Positions 17,122 through 27,041 of a DNA stretch of 64,000 bases are shown here, one piece after another (position 1 is the stretch's first letter; the number at the start of each line of letters is the position of its first letter). Origin of the DNA: an uncultured Verrucomicrobiota bacterium (lineage in GTDB: Bacteria; Verrucomicrobiota; Kiritimatiellia; CAIQIC01; Lenti-01); the NCBI GenBank assembly GCA_964647595.1, contig CAZYGH010000005.1:34961-98960 (forward strand). Reading direction: 5' to 3'. The position numbers were made by a program, and so were the translations under genes. Below the pieces are notes generated by a model. That model saw only the letters and a list, made by a program, of their open reading frames with translations, was not told the DNA's origin and ran no database searches.

Positions 17122-20100
17122 GGGGATGCCTCCTTTTCTGATTTTGCGAAATTCATGGGCAGAGAAAAATAAAACGACGCCCCCTTGTCCACTTCGCCTT
17201 CGGCCCATGTGCGCCCACCGTGACGCAACACGATTCGGCGTACGTTGGCCAACCCAATGCCCGTGCCCTCGAACTCCGATTCACCATGAAGGCGCGAAAA
17301 CACGCCAAACAACTTGTTGGCATATTTCATATCAAAGCCGGCGCCATTATCGCGCACGCACACAATGATCTCGTTGCCTTCGGTCTTGGCCGAAATATCG
17401 ATTCGGGCCACTTCACGCTTGCCCGAATATTTAACGGCATTCCCCAGCAGGTTTGCCATCACCTGTCGCAACAACGGCCGATCGGCGTGCACCTGCGGCA
17501 ATTCGCCAATCGTCCACTCGATCGAGCGCCCCTTCATTTCCAGCTCAAGTTCTTTTTTGCACTCCTCGACCATCTCGGCCAATGGAATGGGCTCGACGTT
17601 AATCTGGGCGCGACCCGTGCGGGAGAAGGACAGCAAGTCATCAATCAACGTGCCCATCCGCTTGGCGGCACCCGCAATCACGTCCAGATAACGAAAGCCG
17701 GTTTCGTCGAGCTTGCCTTTGGCGTTGCCTTGCAGCAACTGAACAAAACCCGACACATGGCGCAACGGGGCACGCAAGTCATGAGACACCGAATACGAGA
17801 ACGCTTCCAATTCTTTGTTTGCGCCAACAAGCGCCTCTTCGCTCTTCAACAGAGAGGCCTCCACGATGCGTCTGCGCCGAATCTCCGCCGCCATCCGCCG
17901 ATTCCAATACGTGAACAATCCCAGCAAGGCGGCAATGCCCGCCACATATTTATAGAGCTTCGCATAGTCAATGCGCTGATCGTAGACCACCGTCATCCAT
18001 CGCCGGGCCATCGTGATTTTTTCCTCTTCGTCGATCCCCTCCATCGCCTTCGTTAAAATCTGCGCCAAGATTTTGGTGTCGGAGCGAACCGCAAAGGCCG
18101 GTTGAAACACAAAGTCAAAATCGCCCGCCACCTTAATGCGCGAATGCCCACCGAGCTGGATGTAATAGCTCCCGACCAGTAGAGGCGCCACAAAGGCATC
18201 CAGTTCCCCCGCCTCCAACTGCTGAAGCGCACGGGGAGCATCATAAACGGTAGAAACATTCAACCCTGGCACCCGCTGCTGAAGCTGGGTGTCCATCCCA
18301 TAGCCCACCAGTACCGCCACCCGCAGATCTTTCAACTCCGAAATGTTGGCAACGGGCTTCGTGTTTTCATGAGTAAAAATCGCAGAAGGAAGAGCCTGAT
18401 AGGGCGCCGAGAATTCAATCTCCAACTGCTTTGCACTGGCTCGGTTCAGGGAGGAAAGCATATCCACCTCCCCATCGCGCAATTTCGCCTGAGCCTGACG
18501 CCAGGAGGGAATCGCCACATGCTGAAACGTCACGCCCAGCGCATGGCCAAAACGATCCAAATAGTCGTATCCAATGCCCGCAAATCCACCGCTCGAATCC
18601 GTGAACTCCAGCGGCGCCAAATGCGGATTGCTTCCCACCCGAATCACCGGATTTTTTTCCAGCCATTCTTTTTCCTCGGGCGTAAGCTGGACCCACGACA
18701 ACTCCGTCATCTGGTTCCACGTCTCTCCGCCCCAGCGTTCAAAAACGGCCTGCACCGCTGCCACCGGCATGGAGGCCATGGCGGCATTCAAGACCGAGGC
18801 CAACAGAGGCAAATCCGCGCGTACACCCATGCACGAAACCGATTCAATTTCCCACACGGTTCCCTGCACCTGCAAGTCCATGTACATCTCGTGTGACAAC
18901 GTCCAAACCGCCATGGCACGACCACCCACAAAGGCATCCGCCTGATGAGTCGAGACCGCCTCCAAGGCATTGCGCACATTTGGATATTCCTTCAGGCGAA
19001 GACCGTGCCGATTTTTCTTCAAATGCGCAGCCGCCGGGAAGCCGGATACCACTGCCACTGTACGATTGGAAAGGCTATCCAAGCCCACGAAATGCCCCTC
19101 GCCCTTTCGGCTAACCATCACGTTGGGAATGTTGGCGTAAGGCTTTGTACACAACATTCCCGTTTCAGCCTGAGTAGGCGAGGCATCCAAAATCGCCTCC
19201 AAATTCCCCGCACGAAACTCTTTCTCCAACTGCGCCCGCAACCCTGTCACCCATTCAATCCGGCCATCCAGACGCTCATTGGCATACTCAACAAAATCCA
19301 CCCCCAACCCGCGCACGTCGCCCGACAAATCCACATAGCTCATCGGAGGCACATCGGTGGGCACCCCCATGCGAATTCTAGGATTCCCCGCCAACCACTC
19401 CTTCTCTGCGGAACCGACCTCGAAGCGTCCTCCCGTTTCCACCGCCATCGAAAACCACTTGGCGCGCAAATATCGTCCATGATGTTGGAGCGCATCGCCC
19501 AATGCCCGGTCCAAAATACCGGCCAGTTCCGGCAACTCTTTGCGCACCCCGATGCAGAGGGCCGAGGGCACATCATCGTTGCGCCCTTGAACATGCAAAT
19601 TAGACAACATCTCCCTCGCTAACAGATACAGCGCGACCGCTCGATTTCCCATAAAGACCACCGAGTCACCCCGAGAAACCGCGTCTAACGCCGCGCTGGC
19701 ATGGTCATACGTTCGGATACGGGCCCGCGATTGTTTCTGCTCCAACCATCTTGCCTCGGGCCGCCCTTTTTCCACAGCCACCGAAGTGCCCGTCAGTTGT
19801 TTTTCATTCCTGAAAAATCGGCTTCCACCCATCCGTGCCACAAACACCACCGGAACGTCCAGATAGGCCTGGGTATACGTCAGGACATCATCGTCACCGC
19901 CGCCGGGCGTGGCATCCATCACCGCATCCAGTTCACCCGCTTTCAACCGCGTCATCAGTTCACTTGAAGTCCCCGATTCAAGATGAATTTTCCCCCCAAG
20001 CCACACATTCATCTCCTCGAGCAAATCCACGCCAAACCCAACCGGGTTGCCATGTCGATCCGTGAAATGCAAGGGCGGATAATCTGCCATCACTCCGATG

Positions 20101-20252
20101 CGAATACTCTCCCGGTCGGCCAACCAAACCTGCTGGCCATCTTCGAGCTGAAACTCAGCCTCTGGTTTTGCCGCCGCACCGATTGCCCACAACAGGCAAA
20201 TGGCAACCTGCACCCAACCCCGCCAACGAAAAGAAATCTGGATGGTTCTCAC
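17118..20252 (-). CDS. Sensor histidine kinase with three tandem periplasmic solute-binding (SBP_bac_3-like) domains
   Basis: Signal/TM segment, three repeated roughly 230-aa amino-acid-binding-protein-like modules, then TM, coiled coil, HisKA (FSYSVSHDLRAPLRHVSGFVQLL) and HATPase_c (GTGIGLANVRRIVLRHGG) domains. Confidence 0.82.
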   Translation of the reverse strand: MRTIQISFRWRGWVQVAICLLWAIGAAAKPEAEFQLEDGQQVWLADRESIRIGVMADYPPLHFTDRHGNPVGFGVDLLEEMNVWLGGKIHLESGTSSELMTRLKAGELDAVMDATPGGGDDDVLTYTQAYLDVPVVFVARMGGSRFFRNEKQLTGTSVAVEKGRPEARWLEQKQSRARIRTYDHASAALDAVSRGDSVVFMGNRAVALYLLAREMLSNLHVQGRNDDVPSALCIGVRKELPELAGILDRALGDALQHHGRYLRAKWFSMAVETGGRFEVGSAEKEWLAGNPRIRMGVPTDVPPMSYVDLSGDVRGLGVDFVEYANERLDGRIEWVTGLRAQLEKEFRAGNLEAILDASPTQAETGMLCTKPYANIPNVMVSRKGEGHFVGLDSLSNRTVAVVSGFPAAAHLKKNRHGLRLKEYPNVRNALEAVSTHQADAFVGGRAMAVWTLSHEMYMDLQVQGTVWEIESVSCMGVRADLPLLASVLNAAMASMPVAAVQAVFERWGGETWNQMTELSWVQLTPEEKEWLEKNPVIRVGSNPHLAPLEFTDSSGGFAGIGYDYLDRFGHALGVTFQHVAIPSWRQAQAKLRDGEVDMLSSLNRASAKQLEIEFSAPYQALPSAIFTHENTKPVANISELKDLRVAVLVGYGMDTQLQQRVPGLNVSTVYDAPRALQQLEAGELDAFVAPLLVGSYYIQLGGHSRIKVAGDFDFVFQPAFAVRSDTKILAQILTKAMEGIDEEEKITMARRWMTVVYDQRIDYAKLYKYVAGIAALLGLFTYWNRRMAAEIRRRRIVEASLLKSEEALVGANKELEAFSYSVSHDLRAPLRHVSGFVQLLQGNAKGKLDETGFRYLDVIAGAAKRMGTLIDDLLSFSRTGRAQINVEPIPLAEMVEECKKELELEMKGRSIEWTIGELPQVHADRPLLRQVMANLLGNAVKYSGKREVARIDISAKTEGNEIIVCVRDNGAGFDMKYANKLFGVFSRLHGESEFEGTGIGLANVRRIVLRHGGRTWAEGEVDKGASFYFSLPMNFAKSEKEASP

Positions 20253-20388
20253 AATTCGTTGACGATAAGCAATGGCCTGCCTCTTTGCCAGAAATATTCA
20301 CCCGTCTCACCTATTTTTCCATTCCCAGTTCCGTTGCCATTTGGGCAGCCCGGTGGTAGCCTAACAAGGTAATTTCTTTGTACCCCCT

Positions 20389-21453
20389 ATGTTGCGCCAC
20401 CCCTCCACATTTCAACCTCTTTTCAACTGGAGAGAAATCACCTTCCTCCTCCGACTTCTGGTCATCTGGGCAGCCATGGGGTGCATCGTGCCCCCCCCCC
20501 GCGAGGCCCTCGGCTGGAACGGTCCTCAACACATCCAAATCACGCAAGCCGCAAGCCGTCATGTTCCTCCCGAAATGGCTGCCTTTGAAGCCTTCGCCGC
20601 CCCCATAGCCATCCCCAGCACCTATCCTGACATTTGGCGCGCCACAGATTTTGCTGAAGGCCCCCGCCACTATTTCAAACCCGATTACCTGCCCTCTTCC
20701 TGCGATCTGACCCGCCTTCCCACCGACCGTATGGAAGCCTTCCGCTCCCAACTCAGCCTGACTCGTCCCAGCGAAATCGGGATGGCCCCCTGGTCCATTC
20801 TCAACTTGATGCAAGGCTTCACCTCCGCCATGAAAACCAACGACTGGGTGTGGGCCGCCCGCTGCGCCGCCGCCCTGAGCCACTATGTGGCCGATGTGCA
20901 CATGCCCTTCCACTGCACCCGCAATCACGATGGCCAAGAAACAGGCCAAAATGGCATTCACATGCGAGTCGAGAGCAACGTAACGGAATTCTTTTTCCAG
21001 CCCGAAAGCATCACCCCTTCGCCGCCTGTCTATCTGGAAGATCCCTTCCATTCGATCTTGCGCTGGGCCCAAGACTCCCTCCTCCGCATGCCCACCCTGC
21101 TGGACGCCGACCGTATCGCCACACAGGAAATCGGCGACACCCAATCTCAAGCCTATTATCTCACGCTTTGGAAGCTGGCAGGCCCCGTCCTCATCGAGCG
21201 GGCCAGCGCCGCCGCCACCGACCTCTCTTCCATCTGGTACACCGCTTGGGTCGATGCCGGCAAGCCGTCCATCCCGGAACCTTTGGCTGAAATCCCCCCC
21301 TTCTCCGTTTTTTCCGGTGTCGGTATCACGCCTCCGGAACCCCAAGCCCCTCCCATCATTCGCGAGAAACCTCCCATCGACGTCCTGTTCTGGGGCACCC
21401 TGTTCCTCTTTGTCGTGGTGTCCATCACCGCCATTCGCCACTACGTTAAATAA
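20389..21453 (+). CDS. S1/P1 nuclease-like zinc-dependent nuclease (Zn-dependent PLC/P1 superfamily), membrane-anchored
   Basis: Signal peptide, then LGWNGPQH (the Trp1/His of S1-P1 mature N-terminus) and HYVADVHMPFHCTRNHD (the HxxGDxHQPLH-like Zn-ligand block). A C-terminal TM helix (VLFWGTLFLFVVVSITAI) is present. The antisense ORF is G-rich, so the plus strand was chosen. Confidence 0.55.
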   Translation: MLRHPSTFQPLFNWREITFLLRLLVIWAAMGCIVPPPREALGWNGPQHIQITQAASRHVPPEMAAFEAFAAPIAIPSTYPDIWRATDFAEGPRHYFKPDYLPSSCDLTRLPTDRMEAFRSQLSLTRPSEIGMAPWSILNLMQGFTSAMKTNDWVWAARCAAALSHYVADVHMPFHCTRNHDGQETGQNGIHMRVESNVTEFFFQPESITPSPPVYLEDPFHSILRWAQDSLLRMPTLLDADRIATQEIGDTQSQAYYLTLWKLAGPVLIERASAAATDLSSIWYTAWVDAGKPSIPEPLAEIPPFSVFSGVGITPPEPQAPPIIREKPPIDVLFWGTLFLFVVVSITAIRHYVK

Positions 21454-21469
21454 TCTCCACCTTCGCCGC

Positions 21470-21883
21470 TTACGCGTCGGCAAATTCCTTTTTCAACGCC
21501 TCCAACAAGCGCGCCGATTCCTGTTCGACCGAGGCCAGCAAACGGCGCGCCTCCTCCAGCTTTCCAGCATTCGCCCGCGACTCCATTTGCAGCGCCACGG
21601 AATGCAAAGCAATGCCGCCCATATTGCCCGCTCCGCCCTTGATCGTGTGGGCCTGCAAGCGTAGCGCCTCGGCATCCCCCTCCGCCACCACCCGACGCAG
21701 CGCCGTGATTTGCTCGGGATGCATCTTCATATAGATTTGGGCCATGCGGCAGGCCAACTCTCGCAGCCCCCCCATTCGCTTCAGCATGCCCGCCACATCC
21801 AACACTACAGGCGACTCCTCCATGGGCGTTGCGGTGGGTTCGTCATTCATCCGTTCACCGTTCAAGGAGAAAAATGAACTCAC
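21470..21883 (-). CDS. Histidine phosphotransfer (Hpt) domain protein
   Basis: Carries the HTIKGGAGNMG motif with the phospho-accepting His. The start may be at an internal ATG (MNDEPT or MEESP). Confidence 0.75.
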   Translation of the reverse strand: MSSFFSLNGERMNDEPTATPMEESPVVLDVAGMLKRMGGLRELACRMAQIYMKMHPEQITALRRVVAEGDAEALRLQAHTIKGGAGNMGGIALHSVALQMESRANAGKLEEARRLLASVEQESARLLEALKKEFADA

Positions 21884-23385
21884 AAGCCTTCGGCGATGGC
21901 TTCACGAACAACTTCGCGATCGTCAAAATGCGTCATGCGGCCCGCGATTTCCTGATAGGTTTCATGACCTTTCCCTGCAATGAGCACGGTATCGCCTGCA
22001 CATGCGAGTTGAAGGGCCGCCCGAATGGCTTTGGCGCGGTCCAGTTCAACTTGATGAGGTTTGCCCAGATTCATCCCCGCCAGGATTTCGTTGAGGATGT
22101 CCTGCGGAGCTTCATTGCGCGGATTATCGCTGGTGACCACGGCAACATCGGCCAGCTCCGACACCGCCGCACCCATGCGCGGGCGCTTGGAACGATCTCG
22201 ATTTCCGCCGCAACCAAAGACACAAATCAGACGACCCGTCGTCGTTTCGCGCAGGGTTTGCAAGACATTGCGAAGAGCGTCCTCCGTATGGGCGTAGTCC
22301 ACAAAAATGTGGCGACCACGCAAATCCTCCACTCCTTCCAATCGGCCCGGCACGCACGACAAGTTGGAAAGAGCCTCTCCCATCCTCTCCACGGGAACAC
22401 CCAAGGCCCCGCACACCGCAAGAGCCCCGAGCGCATTGGATATATTGAAGCGTCCGGCAAGATTCAGTTGCACCGCCATTTCTCCCCACGGCGTAAGAGC
22501 CCGAAATGTGGAACCGGCTTCCGAAAGCTGGATGTCCACCGCACGCACTTGCGCTTCGGGATGACACCCGAAGGTGAACAGACGGCCCGCTAAAAATGCT
22601 TCATTTGCGAGACGACGTCCATAGGGGTCGTCGATGTTCACGGCGGCGGGCGCCGAGGGAGACCGTGCCGCCAACGTCTCAAATAGGCGCTTCTTGGCAT
22701 CATAATACGCCTCCATCGTCTTGTGAAAATCCAAGTGGTCGATGGTCAAATTGGTAAAAACAGCGGCCGAAAATCGCGTCCCTCGAAGGCGCTCGGCGGC
22801 GAGTCCCTGCGAGGACACTTCCATCGCCATGGCCCGGCCCCCCGCTTGAAGGGTTTCAGCAAAATATCGCTGCAGGTCCAGCGACTCCGGCGTGGTACGT
22901 GTAGCGGTAAGGAGCCGACCGCCACATTCATATCGAATGGTGCCGATCAGCCCGCACGGAATCTCCGCCGCACGCAGGATATCGCGAATCATGAAAACCG
23001 TTGTGGTCTTTCCGTTGGTTCCGGTGACGCCCACCACGTGTAGCTTTTCGGAAGGATGTCCAAAAAATTCAGCGGCCACATCTGCCATGGCCGTTCGCGC
23101 GCCCTCCACACAGACGCTGACCAAAGAACGCGGAGGCTTCAGCCCCTTTTCGTGCATCACCGCCACCGCGCCACGACGCGCCGCATCTTCGATATAGAGC
23201 GCGCCATCGGTTTTTTCACCGGGCAAGGCGATGAACAAATCCCCCGGACGTACGGCACGAGAATCGCAGGCCAAGCCGGAAATCTCGGTTGTGGCCGCAC
23301 CATCGGATAGAGTCACCGACACATTTCGAAACAGTCGACCCAACTTCATCGCACGGGAAACGGTTCCGGGTACAGAGGCACTCAT
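21880..23385 (-). CDS. murE: UDP-N-acetylmuramoyl-L-alanyl-D-glutamate--2,6-diaminopimelate ligase MurE
   Basis: Mur ligase P-loop GVTGTNGKTTT and the DNPR motif are present. It sits downstream of ftsI in the dcw order. Confidence 0.9.
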   Translation of the reverse strand: MSASVPGTVSRAMKLGRLFRNVSVTLSDGAATTEISGLACDSRAVRPGDLFIALPGEKTDGALYIEDAARRGAVAVMHEKGLKPPRSLVSVCVEGARTAMADVAAEFFGHPSEKLHVVGVTGTNGKTTTVFMIRDILRAAEIPCGLIGTIRYECGGRLLTATRTTPESLDLQRYFAETLQAGGRAMAMEVSSQGLAAERLRGTRFSAAVFTNLTIDHLDFHKTMEAYYDAKKRLFETLAARSPSAPAAVNIDDPYGRRLANEAFLAGRLFTFGCHPEAQVRAVDIQLSEAGSTFRALTPWGEMAVQLNLAGRFNISNALGALAVCGALGVPVERMGEALSNLSCVPGRLEGVEDLRGRHIFVDYAHTEDALRNVLQTLRETTTGRLICVFGCGGNRDRSKRPRMGAAVSELADVAVVTSDNPRNEAPQDILNEILAGMNLGKPHQVELDRAKAIRAALQLACAGDTVLIAGKGHETYQEIAGRMTHFDDREVVREAIAEGL

Positions 23386-25163
23386 GGTTCCACCTCGGAG
23401 ATTTCCCGATAATAGACCGGCTCGCCCGCGTCCATGGGTCGAATGTCGAGATACCGCGCAATCGGCGCCGCCATGTGGGCAAACACGGGCGCGGCGGTCA
23501 CGCCACCGGTGCGTAACGGTTGCGGATTATCCAGCACCACAATAATGCCGATCTCCGGCCGATCGGCAGGCAACAGCCCCATGAAGGAGGATACATTTTC
23601 ATTTTTCACATAGTGGCCATGTTTGATTTTTTCCGCCGTGCCGGTTTTGCCTGCCACGCTGTAGCCGGGAATGGCCGCACGCGTGCCCGTGCCGCCTTCG
23701 AGCGTCACCTCGGCCAGCATCGTCCGCATGAGCCCGGCCGTTCGCTCGGTGATGGGACGAGCCAGCGCCACCGGTTTGTTTTCTTGCAACACATCGCCGT
23801 TTTTATCGACCACTTTTTTGACAATGTGAGACTTCATGAGAAATCCGTCGTTTCCAATGCAGCACAAGACATTCAGCATTTGCAGAGCGGTTACCGACAC
23901 CTCATGACCCATGGCCACGCGCGTGATGCTGAGCTTGTTCCATTTGGAAAGCGGATGGAGAAGGCCCGACTCTTCACCCGGCATCTCGATCCCGGTGGGC
24001 TTTCCTAAACCGTAGGCCGTCAGATAGCGATGCAGTTTTTGATCTCCCAGCATCACCGCAATCTTGGCCGCCCCAATGTTGCTAGACTTGCGCAAAATCC
24101 CTGTCACATCCAGCGTTCCATACGGATGGAAATCCCTCAGCGGTTTTCCGGCGAAATACCACATGCCGTTTTCACAAAAGAACAGATCGTTGGTCGAAAT
24201 GAGTCCTTCGTTAAGCGCCGCCGCCACCACGCCGACCTTGAAGACGGAGCCTGGCTCGTAGTTGAATCCAATCGTGCGATTGAGACGCGAATCGGCCTCG
24301 GTATTATTGTAGTCATTCAGGTCGTATGCGGGTCGCGAAACCATGGCGAGGATCTCGCCCGTGCGAACATCTTCCACAATTGCCCACGCGGCCTGGGGAT
24401 GAAAGTTCGTCATGGCGGCATCCAGAGCTTTTTCAACAAAATATTGAATGTTTTGATCGATGGTCAGATGGATATCGACGCCTTCCTGAGGGGCGATCTC
24501 CAGCGAACGGCGGGTATAGATTTCCCGCCGGTTTCCATCGCGCTCGCTTTGGCGAAAGCCCGGGCGACCTCGCAACAAGGAATCCCATCGCTGCTCAATC
24601 CCCGCACTTCCAACGCCTTCTTTGTTGGAGAATCCCAACACATGGCATCCCATGGACGAGTGCGGATAATAGCGGGTGGTCAACGGCTCAAAGAATACAC
24701 CCGGCATGCGCAGACGCTCGATCGTGGCAGCCACTTCCTCCCGTACCAGTCGTGCCACCGGCTCATAGCGGCGACCGGGGCGATTCACCCGATCGTACAC
24801 CTGCGAATACGGCAACTCCAAGATTCTGGATAAGTGGGCGCTAACCGCCTTGGCCTGCCCATTGCTGAGAACGACCAACGGGTCCACACAGACGTTCTCC
24901 ACCGGCAGATCGAGCGCCAAGAGACGCTCATTGCGGTCCAGAATTCGCCCCCGCCCCACCAAAATTTCTTCCTTCACCGTCCGCATGCGAATCACGCGGT
25001 TCTTTTTGGCCTCATTGGGTGCTAAATGCAAATAGCCGAGGCGCCCGATCAGACAGCACCACACCGTCAACAAAATGACGGCCACAAAGGCGACCCGCCA
25101 CATGTACCCCCGATCAATCACGTCGAGTCGATGTCTCGTGGAACGCGTACCGAGCCGGCTCAT
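23382..25163 (-). CDS. ftsI: Peptidoglycan D,D-transpeptidase FtsI/PBP (class B penicillin-binding protein)
   Basis: N-terminal TM, PBP dimerisation and transpeptidase domains with SxxK (SVFK), SxN (SSN) and KTGT motifs. Start is uncertain; the ORF is open to 25226. Confidence 0.85.
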   Translation of the reverse strand: MSRLGTRSTRHRLDVIDRGYMWRVAFVAVILLTVWCCLIGRLGYLHLAPNEAKKNRVIRMRTVKEEILVGRGRILDRNERLLALDLPVENVCVDPLVVLSNGQAKAVSAHLSRILELPYSQVYDRVNRPGRRYEPVARLVREEVAATIERLRMPGVFFEPLTTRYYPHSSMGCHVLGFSNKEGVGSAGIEQRWDSLLRGRPGFRQSERDGNRREIYTRRSLEIAPQEGVDIHLTIDQNIQYFVEKALDAAMTNFHPQAAWAIVEDVRTGEILAMVSRPAYDLNDYNNTEADSRLNRTIGFNYEPGSVFKVGVVAAALNEGLISTNDLFFCENGMWYFAGKPLRDFHPYGTLDVTGILRKSSNIGAAKIAVMLGDQKLHRYLTAYGLGKPTGIEMPGEESGLLHPLSKWNKLSITRVAMGHEVSVTALQMLNVLCCIGNDGFLMKSHIVKKVVDKNGDVLQENKPVALARPITERTAGLMRTMLAEVTLEGGTGTRAAIPGYSVAGKTGTAEKIKHGHYVKNENVSSFMGLLPADRPEIGIIVVLDNPQPLRTGGVTAAPVFAHMAAPIARYLDIRPMDAGEPVYYREISEVEP

Positions 25164-25476
25164 CGGTCTCTTCGACGTGGAGCCGAATGATGTTCTGCTC
25201 CTCCGGCCACGACATGACAATGCCATGGTGCGCCATCAAACGCTCCATGTTCGGCGTGGACCGTGCGGTGGCCCAGTTGCGTTCTTCATTCACCACTCGC
25301 TTGTGAATCTCGGCTTTTTCGTGCTCCAACTTCTTGATCTCGCGCCCAATGCTTTCACAGGTATTAAAGAGGCTCAAGTACACCATCGCCAGCACAGCAA
25401 CCAAAGTGCCAATCGAAACACCCCAAAACATGATCCGGTTGCCTTCGTGCCCTGCCTTGATATTTCGCTTCGCCAT
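25114..25476 (-). CDS. ftsL: Cell division protein FtsL-like (small bitopic membrane protein)
   Basis: About 120 aa with a single TM (IMFWGVSIGTLVAVLAMVYLSLF) and a coiled-coil region. Position between rsmH and ftsI supports the call. The internal ATG start abuts the rsmH stop. Confidence 0.55.
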   Translation of the reverse strand: MAKRNIKAGHEGNRIMFWGVSIGTLVAVLAMVYLSLFNTCESIGREIKKLEHEKAEIHKRVVNEERNWATARSTPNMERLMAHHGIVMSWPEEQNIIRLHVEETDEPARYAFHETSTRRD

Positions 25477-25477
25477 C

Positions 25478-26407
25478 TTATGCCATCCTTTCCAACACTC
25501 GCAGCTTAGCCGTTCGTGAGCGTGGATTTCTTGCCAACTCTTCTTCCGTGGCGGTGACCGCCTTGCGGGTGACCCGACGCGCGCGCGGCAACTGCCCAAC
25601 CCAACGCGAACCACCTTTGGCCAGCGATTCCATCCGCCCCTCGTGGGCCGTCATGAACTGCTTCACCATCCGGTCTTCCAAACTATGAAAACTAATCACG
25701 GCCAACCGCCCGCCGGGAGCCAGCAGATCCAAGGCGGCCGGCAAAACTGACTCCAGCGCCGCCAACTCGCCATTCACCGCGATTCGAAGCGCCTGAAACG
25801 TCTGGGTCGCCGGATGCGTGCGCCCGCGGCGGCCACCTTTCGCCTGCGACACCCACTCCGCCAACTGGGCCGTTGTCTCCAGCGGCTCACCACGCGCCAA
25901 CACTCCTGAAATCGTTTTGGCAATCCGTCGCGACATCGGCTCCTCGCCATAGCGCCACAAGATATCGGCCAACTCCAGCGGAGAGAGTTGTTTCAGCAAG
26001 GTAGCCGCCGTGAGCTCCTGCCGGTCATCCATCCGCATATCCAGCGGGCTATCCCGCATGAAACTGAATCCGCGTTCTGCGCGGTCCAGTTGCATCGAAG
26101 AAACACCCAGATCCAGCAAAATTCCGCGAATGTTGCCGATCCCGTGTCGAGCCACCACCTCGGCCATCTCCAAAAAATTGGCCCGCTCCACAATCACGCG
26201 ATCTCCAAAAGGCGCCAATGCCGCGTGAGCCAATTCAAGAGCATCCCCGTCTCGATCTAGCGCCAGCATGTGGGCATCCAAGCCAGCCGCCGCCAACACC
26301 GCCGAGGCATGGCCGCCCGCCCCCGCCGTTCCATCCACATACCAACCACCCGGCTCCGTCACCAACCGGGCCACGGTCTCCTCGAGCAACACCGGCATAT
26401 GGAGCAT
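25478..26407 (-). CDS. rsmH: 16S rRNA (cytosine1402-N4)-methyltransferase RsmH (MraW)
   Basis: The RsmH signature MLHMPVLLEETV...YVDGTAGAGGHASAVL...HSLEDRMVK is present. Confidence 0.9.
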   Translation of the reverse strand: MLHMPVLLEETVARLVTEPGGWYVDGTAGAGGHASAVLAAAGLDAHMLALDRDGDALELAHAALAPFGDRVIVERANFLEMAEVVARHGIGNIRGILLDLGVSSMQLDRAERGFSFMRDSPLDMRMDDRQELTAATLLKQLSPLELADILWRYGEEPMSRRIAKTISGVLARGEPLETTAQLAEWVSQAKGGRRGRTHPATQTFQALRIAVNGELAALESVLPAALDLLAPGGRLAVISFHSLEDRMVKQFMTAHEGRMESLAKGGSRWVGQLPRARRVTRKAVTATEEELARNPRSRTAKLRVLERMA

Positions 26408-26423
26408 GATATACCTCGTTCGA

Positions 26424-27041
26424 TCAAACGAACCAGACGCGGCCACTCTGCGTACGCATAGACGGCGAACCAATTCGCAGCCCGCGTTCATCCTCGGTCA
26501 CAGCATCGCCCCCTTCAAACAACTGATAGCGCGGCAGGAGGACGCGTTGGGGAACGGAGAACCAACGCGACTCCTCTCTGCCGCTGGAAATGGATTGGCT
26601 CCTGACAAGCTGGCGCCCCATCCCACCGCGAACTGCGGGGACCGCCTGGGAGACCGCCACCGCACGAACGGGTGTCACAACGCGCGTTGTGGCAACCACG
26701 CGTGCCGTGGTCTTGGATTTGGATTGAACCGAGACAACCGTTTGTGGAATCGCCGACACCACCGGTTTCGCCTTTGACGCGGGAACCACAGCTTCAACCG
26801 AACCAACAGAAGCCTCCGGTTGGCTAATCACACGACCCGTTGCGTCGAACAGTTCCGCCTGTTCACCGTGATTCGCCGAAACCCGATGGTCTTCTTGATC
26901 CCACCAGTTCTCGTTTGCCCCCTTCGGTTTCGCCTCGGACCCAATGCCCAAGATCACACTACCCAAGAAGGTTAGAACCCGATGTATTGTGCCGCTTCCG
27001 CGAACTTCGATTGATCTAGTTGCGAGTTCTGCTCGTTCCAT
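26424..27041 (-). CDS. Hypothetical membrane-anchored protein between mraZ and rsmH
   Basis: ORF with one predicted TM (VLTFLGSVILGIG) and a low-complexity Ser/Val/Thr-rich region. No recognisable domain. It overlaps the mraZ 3' end and the rsmH start. Confidence 0.3.
   Translation of the reverse strand: MERAELATRSIEVRGSGTIHRVLTFLGSVILGIGSEAKPKGANENWWDQEDHRVSANHGEQAELFDATGRVISQPEASVGSVEAVVPASKAKPVVSAIPQTVVSVQSKSKTTARVVATTRVVTPVRAVAVSQAVPAVRGGMGRQLVRSQSISSGREESRWFSVPQRVLLPRYQLFEGGDAVTEDERGLRIGSPSMRTQSGRVWFV

Noticed and set aside
20311-21483. 390-aa minus-strand ORF antisense to the S1/P1-like nuclease gene
   Set aside because: Extremely Gly/Ala/Arg-rich, which is typical of the antisense frame of a high-GC gene. 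The plus-strand product carries recognisable S1/P1 Zn-ligand motifs and a signal peptide.
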